DNA of 64,000 nt from Octopus sinensis (lineage: Eukaryota): assembly GCF_006345805.1 (NCBI RefSeq), contig NC_042998.1, positions 179,924,001 to 179,988,000 of the forward strand, read 5' to 3'. This document shows, piece by piece, positions 54,510 to 64,000 of this stretch (position 1 is the first letter of the stretch; each line of letters starts with the position of its first letter). The position numbers were made by a program, and so were the translations under genes. Under the pieces are notes generated by a model that was given only the letters and a program-made list of their open reading frames with translations, ran no database searches and was not told the DNA's origin.

Positions 54510-54670
54510 TTATATGACGGGCTACCTTCAGTTTCCGATTACCAAATTCACTCAAAAGGCTTTGTTTACTCCGAGGTTATAGTAGAAGACATTAACCTAT
54601 CGTGCAACGCAATGTGACTTAACTCGGAACCAAGTGATTCAGAAGCAAGCTTCTTACTATACAAACACTT
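53985..54670 (-). mobile_element. Family A SINE split by an insertion into its internal microsatellite
   Basis: Tail at 53985-54175 and head at 54515-54670, with the hammerhead-type repeat and TA/TATC arrays in between. Confidence 0.7.
54243..54425 (-). mobile_element. Hammerhead-type repeat, copy 3
   Basis: The minus strand reads CTTT-CTGTGGA-A-GAGC(GTAG)GCTC-AAAATGT-A-AAAGAC; the core GAAAC is mutated to AAAAT. Confidence 0.65.
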
Positions 54671-55364
54671 CTGCTGCGTGCATCTACGCAAAGAAAGTCA
54701 ACTGATAAGCGATATGAAAATACATCTGTATCATGAACAACAAAGATCAGCAGACTCTTTTAAATCCAACATGCTGACACACATTGTTATTGTTTAAATT
54801 TTAGTGGCGGTGTTTTGTTTCATTGTTAGAAATCAGCACCTTATATACCGGAAATATTTTTTAAAAATAAAAGAGAAAATTATCAAGGCAAAACAATATA
54901 TTTAGTAACAATACATTTGTTTAATAAAGTGGCATGCACACCCACTACACGAACGAAAGCTTATCTCCACGCATACAAGTATGCACAACTTAACTAATGT
55001 ACAAATTAACTTATCCACATTTCCACAAAGAGCAACAACCTGCTCCCTTTGTTAGTGACCTGCTTGAATTCTGCAAGCGAAAAATAAAATGAAATAAATC
55101 TCAAAGAAAACACAAACACATCCGTAGATGCTTTAACATATTTCGACGCTTTAACAGATTTCGTCAGTTTTAACAGATTTCGGCATTCAAAGATGTTGGC
55201 ATTTGTGAAGAAAATGTCGCATAATGTATTGCAGTACCAGTGAGACACTATAGAGGGATGCATAAGTACATTAAGGCTTGAAAGCAATTTAACCATCGCT
55301 CGTTTGCAAAGTCTACCTCAGTTACAGCGTCACACTCTGTGTTAGACCAATTAATAAGACATGG

Positions 55365-55445
<81 letters not shown>

Positions 55446-55674
55446 GCGAATGGTGCTTTATATTTATATATATTTTATATATAAAAAATACAAAATGGGA
55501 CAAGAACGCAAAACATCCAAACAGATCGAGTTCCAAATTATCTTTCCCATTTCGGTTGGTTATATTCGAGATTGCTCTAATCTGGCTAGCCCCAAGGAAA
55601 AACTAAACTAAGAGCATTAGATTTATTGGAAGGAAGCAGCGAATGTATACGTAAACAAGGACAAAAAAAAAAAA

Positions 55675-55822
55675 ACGGGCTTTTTCAGTTTCCGTCTACT
55701 AAATCCACTCACAAGGCTTTGGTCGGCCCGAGGCTATAGTAGAAGACACTTACCCAAATTGCCACGCAGTGGGACTGAACCCGGAACCTTGTGGTTGGTA
55801 AGCAAGCTAATTACCACAAAGT
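55675..55822 (-). mobile_element. Family A SINE 5' half (head plus CORE-like segment)
   Basis: TTTCAGTTTCCGTCTAC...GGGACTGAACCCGGAACC...TTACCACA. Confidence 0.85.
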
Positions 55823-56417
55823 CATATATATATGTATAGATGCTGAAAGGCACCCCTCCCACACACAAAAATACACACGCATAAGAAAAACAAATCAGAA
55901 AAGTCACGTACCACACAATATCAATTCCAGCTTTATTGAAATCCACCTCTCTTCGAATGAAGTGCATACAAGTGCCTTGTGGCAATCATGACCGTCTTAA
56001 AACGAAAAAGGGAGATAATTTCAAGGGCAAAGTTTATGAAATTTAAACGCCACTAAAGAAAAGACAGTTTGATTGACTGAAGACTATAGAGTAAATGTAG
56101 GCATATGTTTCTGTCTCAATAGGCGTCAACAGAATCACAGTTTACTCGACTTTGTCTTGTATGCTATCTGATATTATTTTACTTGTATTTATCGTTAATA
56201 ATTCGTGTAAATGGCAGCTCTGAATCATTTTTTTCAATTTCTTTTAAATTATGCAACTTACCCAAGGTTATACATTGTAACTAATATTTTTACGTCTACG
56301 TATCTCGTCTCTTAACTAAATTTCTTATATATATATATATGCATACACATAAATACATATATATGTACACACACACACACACACAAATATATAAATATAC
56401 ATATACTTGTGTGTGTA

Positions 56418-56690
56418 TCATCATCATCATCATCATCATCGTTTAACGTCCGCTTTCCGCGCTAGCACGGGTTGGACGGTTCGACCGGGTCTGGGAAGCC
56501 AGGGGCCGCTCCAGGCTCCAGTCTGAATCTGGCAGAGTTTCTACGGCTGGATGCCCTCCTAACGCCAACCACTCGTGAGTGGATTGGGTGCTTTTTACGT
56601 GCCACCTGCACAGGGCCGGAGGGTCCGGCATCGTCACGATCGGTTCGAGCATTTTAACGTGTCAGCGGCACGGGGGCAAACGAGGTCCGG
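56418..56690 (-). mobile_element. SINE-like element with an RTE-type 3' end and (GAT)n tail
   Basis: Minus strand TTGGCGTTAGGAGGGCATCCAGCCGTAGAAACTC...GCGGACGTTAAAC(GAT)n in a GC-rich block. The GGCATCCAGCCGTA motif resembles widely shared SINE central domains. Confidence 0.65.
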
Positions 56691-56708
56691 GGTACTTTGG
56701 GGATCGGG

Positions 56709-56752
<44 letters not shown>

Positions 56753-57406
56753 AATGTATGTATAAATATGTGTGTGTGTGTTATATATACTTCGCATTGC
56801 CTACTTGTATTTATGCGTATGGTGTGTATGTATTTAGATGTGGGTACGCGTGCACATACACACTGACACACATACACATACGTGCATATATTTAAGTATG
56901 TCTGTATTTGATTGTAGCTAGGGATTAACGAACTCTCTACTTAGCTGTCATGGTTTTTTTCCCTGGGGTCTGATCACCACTTCGCCGTCATCATTATCTT
57001 CTCTCTACATCTGCTGGGAACGTCTCATCACTTTACTTAATATTAAACCCGTCTTCTTCCTTCTCTTTCTCATCTTCATCATCGTCGTCGTAAGCATCAT
57101 CATCATTACCCTTCTCCTCCTTCTGCTCATCATTATCATCATCATCGTGTCGTCATCATCATCATCATTACACCTACCTATGACGCTTTCCTCCTCGCCA
57201 TTGTTTTACTCATTTTATTTCATCTCAAATTTACCTAATTCTTCACCTGTTTCTTTTTTTTATATTTCACTTCGTTTCTATTTATATTTCCTTCTACATC
57301 ATGCTGTTTCTGTATCTGATTCTATAATTCCATCGTAATTATTATATATTATCATTAGTACTACTACACTTTACTAATAAAATGTAGCAATATTTTATTA
57401 CAATAA

Positions 57407-57605
57407 GTCAGCGAGCTGGCAGAAACGTTAGCACGCCGGGCGAAATGCTTAGCGGTATTTCGTCTGCCGCTACGTTCTGAGCTCAAATTCCGCCGAGGTC
57501 GCCTCTGCCTTTCATCCTTCGAGATCGATAAATTAAGTACCAGTTGCGTACTGAGATCGGTCTAATCGTCTGGCCCCTCCCTCGAAAATTTCGGGCATTG
57601 TACCT
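57407..57605 (+). mobile_element. Family B (Deu/Nin-like) SINE
   Basis: GCGAGCTGGCAGAAACGTTAGCACGCCGGGCG...TCGATAAATTAAGTACCAG. Confidence 0.85.
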
Positions 57606-58512
57606 AGAGTAGAAATGTATTTTTCTTATTATCTGATATGCTCTCGAAAGAAATAGTGCAGTTTTTGTTGGACTACCAGCATTAATAATAGGTGCATACG
57701 CATGCACATGTAGACATGCGTGCACACACACACATACAAACTGGTTACCAGTTCCAGTTTGCATGAAGCATGTTCGAAGCCGCAAGAAAGCTATTCACAC
57801 AGGTGTTATACACCGACGCTTGCATTTCGAAGTGGTTACCTCCTCTTGAGCAACAGAGACCGGAAAGGCAGACGCTATGAACTGACACGAGAGACAAGTG
57901 TCTCATGATATTTTCTCCATGACAACATACAGTGAATGGCTTTCTTACAGGTTGGAATATAACTCAAACATATCTGAACTGGCAACAAGTTTGCACTTAT
58001 ACACATAACTGCTAAGCGCTGTCATCATGTATTTTAATGAAGACGAGCCGCTTTATAGCGCAAACAGTGAGCGAACGATAACAGGAATATAATAAAACGG
58101 ACCTGAATCTCGCCTCAGTTCGTAGACTCTGCCTTCAAAGACTCTGCTGCTGAAGAAGAAATAACTACTCAAACCACATTGAAACGCATGTAAGTGCTGC
58201 AAACTGACTCCATGTGTTTGCACCTATCAGTCTACAGCGAAAAATTGTACCCTTGACAAAATACAGTAAATGGTATTCTTACAGGTTCAAATACGCCTCA
58301 AGCATATTTGAACTAGTATCAAGTTTGTTTAGTAGTGTCATCCCACCACATATGTATATATTTCTCACATAGACACACACATATATGTATGTATGTATGC
58401 ATGTATGTATGTATGTATGTATGTATGTATGTATGTATGTATGTATGTATGTATGTATGTATGTATGTATGTATGTATGTATGTACGTATGTATGTATGT
58501 ATATATATATAT

Positions 58513-58551
<39 letters not shown>

Positions 58552-58712
58552 TGTTATACATATATGTATGTATATATATATATATATGCACATGTTCACA
58601 CACAGCTCCACAAATACATACAATATACATAAATACATATATATAAGAATATATACTTTTACATGCAGACACATTTATATAAATACATATTTATGTACAC
58701 ACACACACACAC

Positions 58713-58747
<35 letters not shown>

Positions 58748-59236
58748 ACGGGGAGAAAGACAAGACGAAAAAAACAAAACAAGAAAGAATAAAAGACAGA
58801 AAGAAAAATGAAAAAGAAGAGGAAAGAATGAAAGAAAGAATTGTGAGCTACAGATCGGGAGCAATTCACCATGAGCAATTCATAATCATAAAATTTTTCC
58901 TTTCTTACAAGTTGAAATTACATCTTAAATAAGGCGAGGTTTCAACATTACGAGAAGAAAGCAAAATTACTTTAGATTTTCAGAGTTACATATTTATATG
59001 AAATAGTTCAGCACTTTAATCTACCATCGCCTCTATTTCAACTTGTGATATAGTTTTCAACCACTCAGGATTATTACCCTATTTTTTGTAGTTTGTATAG
59101 AAATGTTCCCTGGGCTACTTCACAGAAAATTACGTATCGACCACTAAAAAATAAATACGCAAATAAATAAATTAATAAGGCAAATTATATATCAAAGAGG
59201 ACAATGTACGTTATGTATATGTGTATATATATGTAT

Positions 59237-59267
<31 letters not shown>

Positions 59268-60170
59268 ATAGATAATAGAATATATATATAATATATGTGT
59301 ATATGTATATATATATAGCTAAACACATGTATGTATGTGTATATATATGTATATATATATGTTTATATATTTGTGTATATATATTTTTATACAAGTGTTT
59401 GTATATATATATATATATACAGACACACATATATATTTGCAAACATATATGCCTGTGTGAGTTTGTGTGTATGTGTCTGTATAGATATGTGTGCATATCT
59501 ATATATGTACCCATATATATACATATATACAAACCAGCATTCAAGTATACAAATGTATATATATATATATATATGTATGTGTGTATGTTTGTGTGTGTGT
59601 GTGTATGTGTGTGTGTAGATACATATATAACATAAAGAAGAACATACATTGCTATGGATAAAAGTGTATATTTGTATATTTCTTTGTGTAGTAGTCAATG
59701 TGAATAACCAGTTGAAAGTGAAGGAAATATAGATAGATTTTAATATGTATATGTGATCATGAGTATGGCCATACTATGTCAGTAAAAGAGACGTTGTATG
59801 GATGCGCGACAGAGGCAGGGGGCGATTCTAATTCTATGTGTTCATACAATCTCTCTCTTTCTCTCTGTCAATTTCAATCTCTCTCGCTTTCTCTCTCTCT
59901 CTCACTCACACATAAACACACGCTCTCTCTCTCTCTCTTTCTCTCTCACACACACACACATAATGAGCTGAATTAATACTTACTTGAAAGAAACATTCGG
60001 ATATTGTCTGTCTCTCCCTCTCTTCCCTTCTCACTCTCACCATCTCTCTCTTCCTCTCTCTTTCTATCTCTCTCTCTCTATATATATACATATATACACA
60101 CACACACACATACACACACACACATATATATATATATATGTATATAGACACACATACATATATATACATA

Positions 60171-60205
<35 letters not shown>

Positions 60206-60269
60206 AAAACTGAGAAAGTGATTAAAAGTAAAACGAGAGAAGGAGGAAATCATGCAGAAACAGAGAGAG

Positions 60270-60329
<60 letters not shown>

Positions 60330-60677
60330 GAAACAAACGACATAGAAGTGTGTGTGAGAAAGACAGCTTTTGGAAATGAGAATATAATATGAAGATTTGG
60401 ACAGAAAAAAAAGAAGTGAAGAAATAAGAGGAAACTAGAGACAAAGAGATATATCGTTATAGAGGGAAGATTAATATAAAGAAAGGCCTATACAGAGAGT
60501 AACTTTGACGGGAGGAAAATGAGAACTTAGCCGACATTTTTTGTCCCCAAAACTTGAAGCAGTCGAAAAGGAGCTGTCTATAGTATATTTCACATCAGCT
60601 GACCACTACACTATTGATTGGTGCACCAGTATTCTATTGATCAGACAACGACAGCTAAGAGCCTCAGTGTGTAGGTG

Positions 60678-60744
<67 letters not shown>

Positions 60745-61446
60745 GTGTGTGGTGTGTGTATTTATGTATCTATGTATGTATATATCAGTTCATGTAATAA
60801 CATACATTTCGCACAGTCACTGACACGAATATAGACTCATGCGAACACATATACCCAAAATATACACGAACACCTACGTATACGAACATGCTTACACCGA
60901 CCTCACACATACACACTTGTGTGTGTGTACGTATATATACATATATATATGTATGTATATATATAATATATATATATATATACGTATTTATATACGTTTG
61001 TATATGTATATGCATACACTCACACAAACATGCACACATGCTCACACACATATACATATATGTATAGACAGCGAAAGAGGGAGTGCGTGTGATACGTAGA
61101 TAGATACATCCATCCATCCATACATACATACATACATACATATATACAAGAAAGATAGAGAACTAGACAGATATGTATATACATATATACATACATCTTT
61201 ACCAACATACGTATATATGTAAATTAAGTGTGTATCTGCGTGTTTGTGTATGTGTGTTTGTATGTGTGTGTGTGTGTAGACGTTTTAGTAAACCGGTAGA
61301 GCGTCGGACAGATGCTTGGTGTTAATTGGTTCAGCTTTTTGCATTTTAAGTTCAAAGCTCATTGATATAAACTTTGTCTTTCATCATTGGGTTCGAGAAA
61401 TAAAGTCTAGTCAAATGCTGTGGTCAATTATTTCAGATTCCACAAA

Positions 61447-61845
61447 TCTTTATATATAAAAGTGAAGTTGTGTGTCTGTCTCCTACGATTTAGATTCCTA
61501 ACTACTCCCATATTTTGCGGTGCAGTGTAACCAAAAGCGGGTATCTTATAGTCGTGATTCATATCGAGCCCTTCTGGGTATTAGCGCGCGTCTACGATGA
61601 GTCTACGATTAAAAAAAAAAATTACCATCATTTTTTTCCATTTTGAATGCATTTTTTTTGCTATTATATAAGGAAAGTAACTCTCTAAAAATGTATCATT
61701 AAATCTCAGAACGTAAAAAGCTACAGTAACACCCCCCCCCTTTGTGGTTAGCCATATTGAGATGGCTATTATACTTTACATCTCTAAAAATGCTTATATA
61801 GTTATTTCCCTTACAAACCCAAGCAACGCCGGGCGATACTGCTAG
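61447..61845 (+). mobile_element. Non-autonomous Helitron, copy 2
   Basis: A|TCTTTATATATAAAAG...CCCAAGCAACGCCGGGCGATACTGCTAG|T, homologous to 4299-4690. Confidence 0.88.
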
Positions 61846-62135
61846 TTCTTAATGATATAATTCACAAGAATCAATTCATCTCGATGCAAATAGCATGATA
61901 TGTAGACTCTACAGAACAAAATTCCTACAGAAGTTGTGAGCTACCTTATGCTATATAGATGCTCTGGCTTACGCATATATGTATATTAATTTTTTTAGGA
62001 AAAGCGTTGACAGGGATTCGATTTTATATCTGTGATCAGGGTTAGTAAGCCAAGACTTCGAAATCTCTACATGCATACACACATTCATACACGCCTAGAG
62101 ACATATATACATACAAACATACATATAAACATACA

Positions 62136-62405
62136 TTCATGGAACTGTGAAAATGTGTAAAACTTTCCAGCAGTTTATCATTTAAATATATATGAGCATA
62201 TCTAGATATGCAACTATATGCATGAGAATACATACGTAAAGCAAAGCATAGAAATCTGCGCATACACATAAATACATAGATACATACATACGAAAATACC
62301 ATGTTGCTGATGTCGAAATTCCAGTGAAAGGGCCTTGAATCCAGGTTAGAAACCGACTCTCTCAATGGGCAAGAAATCTTGAAATAAAACTGAACAATGA
62401 CATAC
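62136..62405 (+). mobile_element. Short 3' end of the (CATA)n-associated RLE retroelement
   Basis: HGTVKMCKTFQQFII* matches STVKVYKAFQKFII* at 40210-40257. Same 3' UTR, ending AACAATGACATAC. Confidence 0.8.
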
Positions 62406-62413
62406 CTACATGC

Positions 62414-62538
62414 TATCACTGCAACTGTAAAAAATCTGTAAAACTTTTCAGAACTTTAGCATTTAAGAATATATATGAGCATGTCTAGACATGCAATTAC
62501 ATGCATGAGAATGCATACACAAAACAAAACATACATAT

Positions 62539-62621
<83 letters not shown>

Positions 62622-62705
62622 CATATATATATACATACGTACACACATACATACAAAAATAACCTGTTGATGTTGAAATTCCAATGAAGGAACCTTGGTT
62701 CAACG
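62414..62705 (+). mobile_element. Third 3' end of the same RLE family, with an internal (CA)n expansion
   Basis: ITATVKICKTFQNFSI*, then ATATATGAGCATGTCTAG...GTTGAAATTCCAATGAAGGAACCTTG. Confidence 0.75.
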
Positions 62706-63151
62706 AAATCAGATCACTCTATTTTATCGCCCAACCTCTGTTGATATTTCATATCTCACCGATGAATGATTATGTCCGAAACGTTAGCCATCCCTCGTTC
62801 CTCAAAACGTAAAAGAAAGCTCATTGTTTCTATAACTATCTGTATTACTATTTATTTAACAAAGCTTAACATGACTGGTTTCCTACGATTCTATTGTTTT
62901 GCGATATCTATGATATCGTAATCCTATAATTTATTGTCATTTCATGTGGAGTAAGGTCTCTCCTCCCATCTGTTCTGTAATCAGAACTATTATTGTTGTC
63001 GGTAACATCATCATCATCATGATCTTCTTCTTCTTCTTCTTCTTCTTCTTCTTCTTCTTCTTCTTCTTCTTCTTCTTCTTCTTCTTCTTCTTCTTCTTCT
63101 TCTTCTTCTTCTTCTTCTATCTATCTATCTATCTATCTATCTATCATTATT

Positions 63152-63355
63152 GGTGCGAGCTGGTGAGTCGTTAGCACACCTGACGAAATGCTTAGCGGCA
63201 TTTCCTCTGTCTTTACGTTCTGAGTTCAAATTCCGCCGAGGTCGACTTTGTCTTCTATCCTTTCAGGATCGATAAATTAAATGGCAGTTGAGCAGTTGAA
63301 TACTAGCTGTCGGAGTATTCGACTTAACTCCCCCCCCCCCCATTTTCGGCCTTGT
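63152..63355 (+). mobile_element. Family B SINE, diverged
   Basis: GCGAGCTGG...GAGTTCAAATTCCGCCGAGGTCGACTTTG...GATAAATTAA. Confidence 0.75.
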
Positions 63356-63391
63356 ATATTATTATTATTAATATTATTATTATTATTATTA

Positions 63392-63446
<55 letters not shown>

Positions 63447-63455
63447 TGTTATTAT

Positions 63456-64000
63456 TTACTTTTAATCTGCATGTTTATTACAATCACTCGCCGAGGCACA
63501 CCCAGCATCCTTGGACGAGTGGAGAATAGTTGTAACAGTATGACTGAAAGCTCTCGGAGAGGAAGTGGCATGAGCTGTAGCGAAATATCTTCATGTAATA
63601 CAACACAGACATTTAAATTGATAAGAATTTCTAAGGATGTGAGCAGTATTTGTCAGCACAATTCTTTTGAATTCTTGAGAGATGGTTCTCTTGGGATATT
63701 ATCCAGATGTTTCTGCTATCGCTTTCTTATCATACCTAAGGGACCTACAATAACAGGAACATCTTTTGTATTTCAATTTCAATTCCAGGTCCTTATATTT
63801 ACTTAATTTGTCAAATTGCTTTACACATATGTTTTTATCAGTGGGAACACTTACATCTATAAGTCTACAATTATTGTCTTCTCCGTCTTTAATGACTATG
63901 TCTGGTCGATTAGCCTGGATCGTTTTGTCGGTGTTCACTGGATAATCCCAGAGGATAGTGACATTTTTACCTTCAATGTTCATACCAGTAAGCAGGAGTG
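63456..64000 (-). mobile_element. R4/Dong-like non-LTR retrotransposon 3' part (RLE domain) ending in (TAA)n; continues past the window end
   Basis: ORF 63699-63983 reads TILWDYPVNTDKTIQANRPDIVIKD...LIDVSVPTDKN...DKLSKYKDL. After a deletion/frameshift come VPVIVGPLGMI and VLTNTAHILR. The 3' UTR has AATAAA and then (TAA)n (plus-strand TTA array at 63355-63455). Confidence 0.88.

Noticed and set aside
62755-62790. Second hammerhead-like motif CCGATGA...TCCGAAACGTT
   Set aside because: The core has U4 to C, stem II is poor and there is no stem I pairing. At most a dead Penelope-like remnant.

Overview
Very AT-rich, microsatellite-saturated eukaryotic DNA, either intronic or intergenic. The repeat families (tRNA-headed CORE-like and Deu/Nin-like SINEs, dense TA/CA/CATA/GATA arrays) point to an octopus (coleoid cephalopod) genome; this is an inference, not a database match. 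I could not identify any host gene with confidence. Almost all ORFs in the supplied track are translated microsatellites, and only a few weak exon candidates remain. Recognisable content: many SINE copies from at least 5 families, a decayed mariner transposase, two non-autonomous Helitrons (TC...CTAG), two copies of a Merlin-like MITE, a ~200-bp-arm inverted repeat, an RTE LINE remnant, and 3' ends of RLE-type and L1/Tx1-type non-LTR retrotransposons. The most notable pattern is that each non-LTR family sits in its own microsatellite class: (TATC)n, (TTC)n, (CATA)n or (TAA)n. Other oddities are a ~180-bp interspersed repeat carrying a variant minimal hammerhead-ribozyme fold, a 5x128-bp terminal array in a (TAA)n-embedded element, and insertions flanked by unusually long direct repeats (137, 53 and 27 bp). 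There is a 100-N assembly gap at 874-973.
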